A stretch of DNA of 64,000 bases from the human T2T-CHM13v2.0 reference genome, Homo sapiens: NCBI RefSeq assembly GCF_009914755.1, contig NC_060945.1; one strand, 5' to 3'. Position numbers and translations under genes: made by a program. How positions within the stretch are numbered: the first letter of the stretch is position 1; each line of letters starts with the position of its first letter. Under the pieces are notes generated by a model that saw only the letters and a program-made list of their open reading frames with translations, did not search any database and was not told the DNA's origin. Below are positions 13,660-29,789 of this stretch, piece by piece.

Positions 13660-14338
13660 ATTTTTTAACTTTCATTTTAAGTTTAGAGGGTTACATGTGC
13701 AGATTGATTACTTGGATAAATTGTCTGTCCCTGGAGGTTGATGTACAAATGATCCCATCACCCAGGTAGAGAGCATAGTACGTGATAGGTAGTTTTTCTA
13801 CCTTCCCACTTCTCCAACCCTCCTCCTTCAAGTAGACCCCATGTCTATTGTTCCTATCTTCATATCCATGTGTACTCGGTGTTTAGCTCCAACTTACAAG
13901 TGAGAACAAACAGTATTTGGTTTTCTGTTTGTGTATTCATTTGCTTAGGATAGTGGCCTCCAGCTCTATTCATGTTGCTGCAAAAGACATGATTTCTTTT
14001 CTTTTAAATGGATGCATAGTATTCCATGGTGAATATGTACCATATTTTCTTCATCTGGTCCACCATTGATGGGCATCTAGGTTGATTCCAGTCTTTGTTG
14101 TTGCAAATAGTGCTGCTATGAACATAGAAGTGCATGTATCTTTTTGGTGGAATAACTTATATTCCTTTGGGTAGATACTTAGTAATGAGTTTGCTGGGTC
14201 AATTCTGTTTTAAGTTCTTTGAGAAATCTCCAAACTACTTTCCAAAGTTGCTGAACTAATATACATTCCCGTCAGTTAACAACTGTTTTTTTTGTTTTTT
14301 ACTTTTTAATAATAGCCATTCTGATTGGTGTGAGATGG
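13660..14338 (-). mobile_element. L1PA15/16-L1PB 3' fragment
   Basis: Antisense 3'UTR (ACAAATGATCCCATCACCCAGGTA) through ORF2 end (TAATAATAGCCATTCTGATTGGTGTGAGATGG). Confidence 0.88.
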
Positions 14339-16968
14339 ATTTAAAAATCAGCTTGTTAAGCAATCATGCATAACACATTAAAGGAACATTTTATCTTTTA
14401 AATTCAAATGTGAAATTCTTATTTTATTCAATATCTGGATTAACCAGAAAATCTAAACATCAACTAATGTCAGCTTTCACAATAACATTTCTGTCATGAT
14501 ATTTTGGGAAATGTTTGGTTTCATTTGTTTCAGGCAAATGATGATTTTATAAGGTAGTTATATGAGGTAGCTATACTAAATGATAACTCACAGAAATCAC
14601 CCTGAAGGTTAACACTTCCAATTATATCACTGCCTTTGAATATGTCATTTAATAACTGCTTTATGCATTATTAGTATTTATGCTTTTAGGTGGCATCAAA
14701 TTCTATTGATATAATGACAGATGATTAAGAAAATGAATGTAAATATTGCATGTGTCAGGTGTAATTATTTCAAATATATATATATTTTTATAAAATGCAA
14801 ACATTAAATTTCATCTTAAAGAAGTTTATTTGCTTTGGATATTTATATAAAATACTCCTTTAAAAGGAATGGAATAAATATTTTCAAATACGTGTGTTGC
14901 TCCAGGATTGTTTCTAGATAACCTGCTGTAACCTAATGTAAGTAGCTGAAGAATGCTTAATTTCTAAGTTTCAGAACTTACAATAAGTTTCAAGACTAAA
15001 TATTTTTGCAGCACTGAAATGAAAGAACAAAAATTAAATGTGCACCCTCTAACTATAGGAAGTGATATCTTATAATGATGTTGTACTTTTTTAGTTATAT
15101 ATTTTTAATAAATGACTGTTCTTCATTAACTTGGAAACATAGTTTATGACATTACAGAAGGCTGAAAACAGTGACTCTCTTTGCAAAGTATGAAGGATAG
15201 TGCTAACTGTATAATCAACAGATGAATTAATAATAAGTCTAATGATGCATTTCTATCGTTAAATAGAAATTAACTGCTTATAATTGACAATGCTTTTGAA
15301 AAATGCTATGTTGCGTACTTTGTTTTTACCTGATTTTAGAATCTAAACTTGTAATAAAAACAAAAACTATAAAGATTCAGGGTCCTGGAGCTAAGTCTCC
15401 ACCATATTTTCAGTCTTTTTCTAAATGAGTTAGCTATTTATCCAGTCAGGCTTGTTCTTAAGCCTGCCTTGGCTAAACCACACAGGGTTGGACTAATACC
15501 TGGCAAGGTGTAAAGGTTTGGATTATGCCAAATGTGGATACAGAGATACCAGGTCTTAAGTTTACAGGCAAATTGGGCCTTCCATAGACCACTGTCTAGA
15601 AAAACACACCACGCAACCTCCCTCCACACTTAAAACGTACTTTACTTAATTTAACGTACTTCACCACCTCATCAGTCTGAGTGGCCCCTTGGAATTTAAA
15701 GATGTGCCACCTGTTATCCAGACTTTGCATTTACTTAGGTTATTTGCATTTCTGATCACTCTGTTCAATTTATTTTAAAATTATCTTTCTCTTGAGCAGA
15801 ATAGGTACTCATGCCCTTGCTAACCCTGGCTGTACATTCTTAATGTAGGACTTCAAGGAATATTTTTTTCAGTGCATATGCATGTGTGTATTTGGATATA
15901 ATCATACGTATGCATGAACAGTTTATTTAAAATACGAATATACTATAGAAACGACCTTTAACATATAAGTATGTATGTGTGTGCATATGGATGTGTATGT
16001 TTCTTATATAAATTGTTAGAGGTGTGCTTTATTGTTGATTTCGCACTTTCATAACTAATAAAGAATAAATGCTTTAAAATGCATGCAAGAAAAATGATAT
16101 GAATATGCACCATTTCATAGCTTAGAACAATATTAAGAAACATTACATTTGGATGCTAATATATATTGTTTAATCAAACTAGTTCGCGCCGTAATCTCTT
16201 TCATCTTACTTAAATGGCTCCATTTACCTTAAATAAGGAATGAAGAAGCCTGCTATTTATGCAGACTGTTCAATCTATGAAGTATTGGGAAAAAATTATT
16301 CTCAATAGTCAAAATAAGATCACAAAATGAGATGCACTATATGCCTTATTTTTTATAATGATCTTAAATGGAACAGATGGCAGTTTATTTCTACTGAATT
16401 ATGTTTGACACATAAAACCATTTAATTTTTATACCAATCGTCTTCTTTAAGGTAGAAAATGTTAAATTATTGATATAATTTTTCTAGTTTTATTTCTTTC
16501 CATTGTCCCTTTACAATTATCATAAATTCGACATTTGAAATATAAAGCATTATATTTTGTAACAAGAAAAGTCTGTTATGCTCAAGTATTTTCTATTAAA
16601 TTTTTATATGCAAAACTCAATTACATTAGCCATTATTTTACTTAGAATAAACATTAGAACATGTTGGATTCCTTCCGCTAATCACAGTGACTGATAATAG
16701 AAGATTGCCCATGTTAATTTACTTATACAAACATTAGACTGAGAATATACTCTATAAAATGTCTTTTTTAAAATATGTAATCCACTTTCCCAAAGCTATA
16801 CTTTATATTACTTATGCATACAGTCTACTATTACTTTACATATTTAAAAACACAATTGCCAAGAAAAAGCACTGTCAAACATAATCAATATGTCAATTTA
16901 AATGCATTGAAGTGTTGAGTAAGTTGAGTTAAAGTATTCTGAAAGAAGGATCCAAGCAGGGTCAGTGA

Positions 16969-19080
<2,112 letters not shown>

Positions 19081-19244
19081 GAAAATATGCAAAATGAGAG
19101 TCACTCTTCTTATCCTCGGACCTTGTTTTTGTTATACTCATCAGATCAAAGTTGGTTACATCTTTAAAATTAGGAGGAACTCCAGGTCTTTACTACCTTG
19201 ACTGAGGAATGGAATATTCTCTTTCTGATTTCATGAAAATATAT

Positions 19245-19970
19245 TCAACATTCATTTGCTTTAGATTACATCCATTACTACCATCTCTATTTCAGCCTCT
19301 TTCGCCACCTTCACTGGTATTACTGCAAAAGCCTCCTAAGTTTCTCCATGTCTTCATGTGCTCTCTGATACAGAAAGATCCTTTCAAAGTGAAGATATGA
19401 TCATGTCAATACCCAGCTCATCATCCAAAAGTAGTCCTGCATTTTACTCAGAGATAAGACAAAGTCGTTACACAGTTTCACTCTGTGATTTGTCCTCCGC
19501 TCACTTTCTCAGTGAGCTCATCTCTGTATTGCTTTTCCCTTCACACCACACTACAGCCACATGAGTCCTTTCCAGATATCAGTGAACCAAGCACCATCTG
19601 GCATTGCAGCATTTGCACTGGTTCTTCCCAGTACTCACTCACATCTCCTTGAAATCTGCTCAAATGTCACCTTCACAATGAGGTCTCTTTCTTGGATGTC
19701 CAATGATAATCATTAAGTTTCTCTTTCTAATTGGCCATCCCATTTCCTTGAGCCATCTCCATGTTTTCATTGTATGAATAACATTTAATACCTGATATAT
19801 TAGATAACATACTTCTCATATTTATTGTTTATTTTGTGCTGCTATAATTTAAGCACTATCATTGAAAAGACCCTTCTCTTTCTTATTTGTTGATGTTTTA
19901 ATCTCCTAAGGGCATCAGATAATTTCTGGAACATACGAGGTATATATCTCAAAATTATTTTATATGGAAG
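19245..19970 (+). mobile_element. L2 (L2a-like) 3' region
   Basis: TTACTGCAAAAGCCTCCTAA, GATCATGTCA, TCTGCTCAAATGTCACCTTCACAATGAGG. Confidence 0.75.
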
Positions 19971-20044
19971 AAATATTATAGAAAATGCTCTAAAATATGT
20001 TTTAAGAAAATATATTCTCATTTTGCTTTTTTAAAAACTAGAAT

Positions 20045-20585
20045 ACAGAAATAAAATTGTTTTCAAATAGAGGCAATTTAATGTAGAGTAATCTTACAAA
20101 TCAGTTGGTTAAAAGAGAAACAGGGAATTGTTTAAATGAAAAGAAATGGAGGAACAAAAGGAAAAATTTTTAATCTCAGAAATTTGAAGCAGCTAAAGCC
20201 CCCAGTTTGGAAGTCATAAGCCTACGCCAGCTGCTGCATTTTGTATAGAGATGAAGAAGAGGTACTTTTTCAACCAAAGCTAGAACTGTCAAAATAATGT
20301 TACATTTGCTGGGCTGCTGGATTCCAGAATCACCTAACTGCTACTGCTTCTTCAACCTTCAGCAACTACCAGTAACCGCCTTGTTGTTCAAGCCAGAATT
20401 ACAAAGTAATTATTAAGTAATTACAAAGATATTATCTTCTGTATGCCTACCTACATCCTACTGACAGAATAAAACAAAAATTATATGTATTATAAAAAGA
20501 GCCTGAAAAGTGTAATCTGCAAATGTTGTGATTGAACAGAGAAAGGTTAGTATGGAAGTGAGAGAAAATGGAAAATAGCCAACCC
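20045..20585 (-). mobile_element. Possible ancient LTR fragment
   Basis: TTTCAAATAGAGGCAATTTAATGTAG resembles old MaLR/ERVL antisense LTR ends; weak. Confidence 0.3.
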
Positions 20586-20936
20586 AATCAGTACCTACTA
20601 ACAATTAAAACCAGATTTTTCTTTTGGCATATATCAAGCCAATGAATTACAGGAAATTTTGAATGATAGTTATATTTTTTCTTATTTTATTATATAAATA
20701 AAATATTTTTAATGCGTAACATTTAAAAACATGGACTATTTTTGCCATGTAAAATCATCATCATTTAACTGATGCAAAACAACAAATTTCACTTGAGTTT
20801 TCTTAGTTGAAAATGTGGTAGCTTTTAATTAAGCTCTTCATTACTATTTTTCTGTTTTGTAATCTTCAGTTAACATTAAATAACATGCTCTAAGCCATCA
20901 GCATTTATGATTGTTTAAAGAATTTAAATTATCTGC

Positions 20937-21645
20937 CATAGCTAAGATATGGAACTAACATAAATACCCACCCATGAAAAAAATAGATTTAAAAATGCAG
21001 TATATACATATGATGGAATATTATTCAGCCTCAAAAAAAAAGAAAATCCTGCCATATGGGACAACATGATGAACCTGGAGGACATTATGTAGGTGAAATA
21101 AGTCAGTCACAGGACAAATATTACATGATACTACTTATCAAAGTATCTAAAATAGTTAAGCTCATAAAAGCAGAAAGAGGAATGGTGGCTGCCAGGAATT
21201 GGGGAGAGGGGAAAATGGGAAGCTGTTTAATGAGTATAAAGTTTCAGTTATGTGAGATGAATAAGTTCCTGAGATCTGCCCTGCAACATAGTGTCTACAG
21301 TTAACAACGCTATACTGTGTATTTAAAAATTTATTATGAGGGTAAATCTCATATTAAGTGCTTTTACCACAAAACACAAACACACACATGCACATATGCA
21401 CATGCACACACAGATGCAAACACACACATGCACACACACACATGCACACAAACACACACATGTACACACACACACATGCACACACACATGAAGCATGCAA
21501 TTTTGGAGGTGCTGAATATGTTATGTTTTGGATATGCCTATTATCTTGATTTTAATGATAGTTTCATGGGTATATGTATATGTCAAAACTCACCAAATAG
21601 TATATATTAAGTGTGTGGAGTTTTTTGTTTATCAATCATACAACA
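20937..21645 (+). mobile_element. L1MA9/L1MB-like 3' end
   Basis: GGAATATTATTCAGCC, GATGAACCTGGAGGACATTATG, ATAAGTTCCTGAGATCTG. Confidence 0.85.
21373..21490. repeat. Interrupted (CA)n/CACATG microsatellite
   Basis: Direct reading; source of the His/Thr-rich ORFs at 21317 and 21358. Confidence 0.9.
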
Positions 21646-21784
21646 CTTTTAGCTTCACCAATCACATTTCCTGAGATGTGTAAAAACAAAAGCCTATTTC
21701 CCCCCCCACCCCAAAAACAGAGTAATTTTCACATGGAAACAATAGCATAAGCATGCACTACATTAACAGATTTTTGCATGCTGA

Positions 21785-21998
21785 TTTTTTTTTTTTTTTT
21801 AGATGGAGTCTCGCTCTGTTGCCTAGGCTGGAGTATACTGGCATGATCTCGCCTCACTGCAAGCTCTGCCTCCCAGGTTCACGTCATTCTCCTGCCTCAG
21901 CCTCCTGAGTAGCTGGGACTACAGGAGCGTGTCACCACGCCCGGCTAATTTTTTTTTGTAGTTTTAGTGGAGACTGGGTTTCACCATGTTAACCAGGA
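21785..21998 (-). mobile_element. 5'-truncated AluY
   Basis: Alu sequence stops at CCATGTTAACCAGGA; perfect 17-bp TSD AGATTTTTGCATGCTGA at 21768-21784 and 21999-22015. Confidence 0.95.
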
Positions 21999-23822
21999 AG
22001 ATTTTTGCATGCTGAATATTTATAAACTTTATTGTATGCAGTTTTCTTGCCAATCCTCTATTCCTCCCTACACAAATCAAAAATGTCCAATATATTTTAC
22101 ATAAAAGAAATCTAAAATCAAAACTGAGAGATAAAGATCTAGTGAAGAAATCTGTCACCTTAAAAATAAACATGATTATTGGTGGCAATAGTAATTCAGA
22201 ATCACTTGCAAAGTTAAAATTCGGAGCTAAACCGTGTACATTTTGTAAGCAAATATAACAGTAAACTCTTTAATTTGAACATTGAACTAGAAATCTATCT
22301 CCCAAAAAATTACAATTTTGTGAAACAGGAACCAAAACTATATACTAAGATAACAGTAATTCATCAGGTACTTTTTTGGATATTATTTACTATACACATT
22401 TTTGTTCTACCTTACAAAAGTTAATAATCTTTCATTAACATTAAATAGAATTAATCAATTCAACAATGGTGTAATATTTAATTTTAATTTTGTAGGTCAT
22501 TGATCTGATTTCATTTGTAATCAGTTTTAGCATAAGTCTGCATTAAGAGACCAGAGGAGAAAAAAAAATGAAGGAAAAATAAAATCTAAAAGTGCAGAAA
22601 AATAATATCTTAGTAAGAAAAGAACATTTTCCTGCCACTGTTTGAAACAAGGCCATGTAATAGGCTTTAACCAGAGTTACCCTAAACCCTGCCTGCCCCT
22701 CCTTCCCCGGCCATTTATCAGCTCAATCAAAATTCTTGTGGCAATGTAGCATCAACTAACCCCATCAATACAACCATATCTTTGGTCATCGTCGTATTTG
22801 CTTCCCCTCTGGGTAGCCATCCTCTGTACTCCACCCCCGATTGTTCATTAGTTTTCTCTTCCTACCAGCTTGATACCTATTTCTCTTGCTGAAACACTTG
22901 TTTGTTTTTACTTTGTTTGTTTAAAGATCAACAAAACTTAAACATTTTTAAAGGCTTTTAAATAACTAAAAACTAACTGTATTTCCATTGTATCATCTCT
23001 CTTGCATCCTATACTATGTCCATTATCTTTTAAGTTACATTACTACCTTGCTAACCTCCAGAAAATATGCTTACTCTAGAAAATCTTGGCTTTACCATGT
23101 TTCACCTGTTTCTCCTCTGGTTTTCAACCAACATTTTAATGCCCCATTTATTATACTTAGTGCCCAACCGAATGGAGGCTTTTGTTTGTTTTTGTTTTTG
23201 TTTTCTTTCTATTCCAAATTATCTCCAGCATCCTAATTAGTCTGATTCTTCATGTTGATATTCCAACTGTTTAGTATTACTGAAAGTATGATTTCCGTCA
23301 AAAAACTATAATTGGTCCACTATGAGATAAGCACAGAAATTGAAAGTAAGACATTAGAAACCTTAAAACCACAGGATCCCTGCATATAATAATTTGCCAA
23401 ATTCATTGGTTTATTTTTAGATAAAAACACTGCTGTGAAAAAAATTTGAACTTAAGGAAAAATCTCCTCTTCCTCTTTCTAGAGAAACACTGCTCTAGAC
23501 GAGTTCTTTACCTCACATTTTCAGATACTTTAATTCACCTCTACTTCAAACTGAAGTTTCTCCATACCTCATGAATTTACTAGTAGTTTTAACCTTCGGC
23601 ATGTGCAATATTACATTGAGATATCCTATTATTTGACCATAATCTTCTACATTTTTTAATAATTATATAACTATACCTGTATTTTATGTAAAGATATCTA
23701 TTCCCCGAACCTTTATTTTTTTTCATAAGGACTTTTTCCGGTTTGACCTGAACCTTTTTATTTAAACTAAGTGGCCACCCTTACTTCCTCAATTGTTTGA
23801 GATTTTCCTTTTTTAATCCCAA

Positions 23823-23825
<3 letters not shown>

Positions 23826-23853
<28 letters not shown>
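23826..23853. repeat. T28 homopolymer
   Basis: Direct reading. Confidence 0.95.
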
Positions 23854-24002
23854 GGAGATCTTCTCTACTTCCTCGTCTCCTTGGAAATTTTTTTCTTACA
23901 GTGAATCTACAAGTGAAAAGTTGGACAGTATTGAGAGAATAAGAAAATTTACTAAATGATGCTGTTCACAATTTTATGGTTTCTAATCTGACTAGACGCT
24001 GA

Positions 24003-24321
<319 letters not shown>

Positions 24322-24595
24322 TATTTCTCCCTTTTCTATCATTGCTCTCCTTACTCTTCTTAAACTTGCTGCCCTTCTTCCATCTAAGTCAAAGTTTATA
24401 TTGTCACTTTGACTTTACAAACAAAATATAGAAAATTCATCTTATCTTTGAAAAATGGACTGCTAACGTAGCTGGATTAACAAATACTCTTTCCTTTTAT
24501 CCCTTATTTGCAATGGATATGTTGGTACAAATTATTTCTAAGCCCAATACTTATATTCCTGTTCTTAATTTTATCTACTTATCTCCAGAAATTCA

Positions 24596-25118
<523 letters not shown>

Positions 25119-26040
25119 TTAATGTATGAGAAAATGTATGATGCTAAATAGTTCTATCTTACTAAGATTTACCTACTTTGTCTATATATATAGATAAGTA
25201 GATGAATGTTATCGATAAAATTACATAGAAACTTGTATGCATCTAATAAATTCGTATGTATCTAATAATCTAGGTTAAAATAGATAAAGAAAAACTGATA
25301 CAATTTTAAAAAAGGAAAATTCACTATCATTTTAAGAGATATAGTATAAATTGCTTCTGTTCAAAACTGGTAAATCAACCAGACTCTATAATAAGAATGT
25401 AGAAGACTAGCTAGGTGATTAAACAGAAATAAATGGAATACCATATTCAACAATACTTTATAGTGATTTTGTTGCTAATTACTTTTATTTAAAAAGTTTA
25501 TGGAAACTGCCTAAAAAGTGATCAGAAATTGAATCTCAAATTTTAAACATTGATGTAATGTAGGTCATATATTCTAAAACTCCAATAAAATTAAGTTAGA
25601 TGTTAGTTTAAACAGTGAGAAAAAAAACCCTTACATGTAGAAATTATGAAAAAAACCCCGACACTTCTAAACATCTTATGGGCCAAAGTTATTGTAACAA
25701 TAATCAGAAAACACATAAAACTGAATAAAATATAAATATTACATATCAAAACTAACGAACACCTAAATAAAACATTATTTAACTTTAATTGATTATATTC
25801 TAAAAAGGAAAGACTGAAAGTGAACGAGCCAATAACCAAACTTAAGACTCAAGAACTTGAAAAATTAACATAATACAGAATACAAACAAAACTGTACATT
25901 ATCATCAGAAATTATTTATATATAATAAATCTGAAATAGAAGAAAAAGCAAAAGATAATTTTTGAAGAGATAAAACTGACAAATCTTTAGTGAGACTAAT
26001 ACGGGAAAAAAACACATAAATACACATTGTTAAGAATACA

Positions 26041-26338
26041 GGCTTGGTGTGGTTGCTCACACCTATACTCCCAGCATTTTGGGAAGCCAAGGCGGGAGGA
26101 TCACTTGAAGCATGGAGTTCCAGACTAGCCTCTGAAACATAGAGAGACCCTGTCTCTACAATAATAATTATAAAAAATTAGCTAGGCATGGTGGCACATG
26201 CCTATAGTCCCAGCTACTCAGGAGGCTTATATGAGCCCAGAGTTCAAGGCTGCAACTAGCCATGATTGTGGCATTGCACTGCAGACTGCGTGACAGAGCA
26301 AGAGTCCATCTCTACAAAAAAATAATAATAATAATAAC
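26041..26338 (+). mobile_element. AluJ (Jo-like)
   Basis: GGAGGATCACTTGA, GAGTTCAAGGCTGCA; (TAA)n tail. Confidence 0.9.
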
Positions 26339-26521
26339 ATAAATGCAGGAAGAAAGTGCAGAGACTAGAAACATGAGTATCAAAGTTGGACACATAAAAA
26401 TATGTATACATTTAATTATATAAATATAAAAATTACAATATATATCATACAACACATCTCTATTTGCATCTCTATCTCTATGTCCTTATATTTATAGCTA
26501 AAATATAATTACACATACCTA

Positions 26522-27155
26522 TAGTTTATTCTTATTATTTACAGTATTTCTGTTTTATAAGTCCCCACAGACACTGAATTAGCCAATAGTGAACTCAGAC
26601 AAAAATACAGTTAGATTTGTGACCCTTTGTTCACATTATTTTGTTAATCCATCAACACGCACCTTTGTTTTATATGTCTCCATTTAAAGACAACTTATTT
26701 AATGTATTTTGTTGATTCATTAACATTGAACTCATAGCCAACAGCACTGCAACTCATGCCTAGACACAGCTTATCTAACACACATAATTTTACCTTAAGT
26801 CTCATTACCACCTTTTGCACTTAGGAACATTACATAGCACTTTAAGCACTACATTTGGGGGCCATTTTAAACAGTGAAATTTTCAACAAAAAGCACAAGA
26901 ATGTGAAAAACACAGCTCTAAATAAAGCACAGAAAGGACCTTTGCTTGCAGTAAGTGAGCTGAAACAGAAAGGCAAAGTGTCACTGTGTTTGATCTCACT
27001 TGGGAATGTATGCATTGTGCAACTTGTATTTTTGGCTCTCTGCAGATATCCATGAATGACCATGAAAGTACAGCAAGTGATTTTCAAGCTGCAAACAAAT
27101 TTTAGCAAGTAAGTGCATTTGCCAATAAGCAATACATGAATATGAGAATCAAAAG
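26522..27155 (-). mobile_element. MER82 (TcMar-Tigger DNA transposon)
   Basis: ACACTGAATTAGCCAATAGTGAAC; GGGGGCCATTTTAAACAGTGAAAT; TA-flanked decayed TIRs. Confidence 0.8.
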
Positions 27156-27513
27156 CATATATACCATAATATGCCATAAGTTTATACACCATAAAATATA
27201 TCTACATATTTATATCTATATCTATATCAATCTATATGTATATCATAAAAACAACAATTATCAACAATGCAATGAATTTAAGAATACATTGGAAATGGGA
27301 ATAGAATAGATGAATTCATAGAATAGTCCTATTGATAAACAACTCTAATATAGTACAAATTATTCTACCGTATGAAAAAAAGAATACTAGTTCAATCATT
27401 TTCTGAAGCTAGAGTAACTTAAATACAAAAATGTGACAAGGATAGTCTTAGAATGTAGAACACACTTATAAACATAGATTTTTGTGCAGTATTAAATAGA
27501 AAATAGTTGGTCA

Positions 27514-27843
<330 letters not shown>

Positions 27844-28689
27844 AGACATTTATTTATTAAATTTTATGTAGCATCAGAATCTTCAGCTAAGCTAGGCATG
27901 CTTCACAATGTAACACCCTTTAAAGCAAGAAGAATCTTGAATCTACTTCTCAACTATTTTGCATATATCTTCTCCAATTCTTTTCACATTCCCCGTTATG
28001 TCAGTTCCTATTCACCTCTTTTTTAGTCATCTCCATTTATTTTTAGCAGCTCATATTATCACCTAGACAAAAGGTCAAAGACTTTATCAGCCCCTGTTGT
28101 GTTCTGTTTGGGTTTTTGTTTGTAATGTCCTGTCTATTTTCCTTTTAAAATGGCAAAATGATAATTCTATATTATAAGGCATAATAACCTTGAGATTGCC
28201 CAATTGTTGTTGAGTGGATAATTTAAAAATAATTGTAGAGTTTTCGTCAAGAAAGTGAAAATAAACACAAGCCAGCATCAGTTCCATTTAAAGCAATACT
28301 ACATAGATAAGCCACTTCACCTTTTTAATATAGCATTGACATTGGCAACAAATGTTAAGGATGTCATATACACCATGAATTTGAATAAATTAAATGCAGA
28401 AACTAGTTGACAAGTCTATTTTTTCATAAAATTAATGTTAAAAATTGAGTTTAAGCTTGAGTGTCCTACTGTATTATTATTATTACATAACAAATGAGTT
28501 AGTTATATTGAAAATGTAGGAAAAGCAAACTTTTCCCAACCCCCCTCGCATCAAAGATGGTGTCTCTCAACTGCATTAGAAAATGCTGATTCAGGTAATC
28601 CCACCCTAACCCCAGATGCTGTCTAATAGTGTATTAGGAAACCCCTAGTAGCTTGGAAAGTATTAACCTAGTATTTCTGTTTATATTGC

Positions 28690-28863
28690 CTTGATTATTA
28701 GTGTAATTAAACATTTGATTTCATCTTTTGTAATACATAGGTGTATGTCTCTTAAAAATATTTTACCAATTGCTTACTTGATTATTAGTGTAATTGAACA
28801 TTTGATTTCATCTTTTGTGATACATAGGTGTATGTCTCTTAAAAATATTTTAGCAATTGCTTA
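28690..28863. repeat. 87-bp tandem duplication inside an antisense L1ME-like fragment
   Basis: Units 28690-28776 and 28777-28863, 3 substitutions. Confidence 0.95.
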
Positions 28864-29296
28864 TTTTTTCTTGTAGATTTTTCTTCTCTGAATCTTTTTT
28901 ATTGAAAATTTTATTCCTGAGTGAATCTCATAAGTTGCAAACATTGAATGAAGTAGGATTTTTAACTTTATTTTGTTCACATGTGTTGTCAAGTGTTTAA
29001 ATGCCATCAATAAATTTGTATATATTAAATTCCTTATACGATTTGTTACCACAGTCCTTATTATAGCTAGTTTTTCAGTTTGTTCCATTATATCACCATT
29101 TAATTGCTTTATAATTAATAGCATTTTTGAAAGAGTCTTCATAAGTCTTCAGTGATTTTCTTAAATTATTTTTATTTTGCAGTTAAATAATTTTCCAAAC
29201 AAATGAACTAATTTAAAGTGATAATTTTTACTGTTATTACTTTAATTTACATAATAATTTGGCAAGAAATGAATTCCAGTAGATATAGCAATGCAT

Positions 29297-29777
29297 TGTA
29301 TTCCCTCTGCTGTAGTGGAAAGCGCCAGTGTTACAACTAGAAATAAAAATCTCAGGTATGGTAGTGTAGAAAAATTGAAGGTCTGCTAGCTGTCTCATAT
29401 GAATCCAAGTAGTTCTGTTCAGTGCTGGAAATAGCTTACGATGTCATGGTTCCAGGTTCTCTCTTGTTACTCTGTCATGTTCAGCAAACCATCCTTGCAG
29501 CTGTTTTTGCTTTCATCATCCCATTCTCATTGCAGGCAAATGGAAGAAGAAAGAGGAGAGTGGTGGTGTGTGCTTTCCCTTTAATGGCAGAACCCAACAG
29601 TCGTACACACCACTTCTACCCTCTTAAGATGGGTCAGAATCCAGGCCCAATTCCATGTATACATGGAAGAGAGGCTTATTAAAGTAGCCTTCAGTTGCTG
29701 GACAGAGTTCCATCCAAAACTACAGTTAATAGGTAAGTCGAGAACTTACATTAAGTGATAAATGGCAGTCTCTGCCA
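29297..29777 (-). mobile_element. MLT1 (J/K-like) MaLR LTR
   Basis: CCAGGTTCTCTC, ACACACCACTTCTAC, terminal GGCAGTCTCTGCCA. Confidence 0.55.
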
Positions 29778-29789
29778 AGGAAAATATTC

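Noticed and set aside
28560-28650. Possible MER5-like fragment
   Set aside because: Too short and diverged to call by eye.
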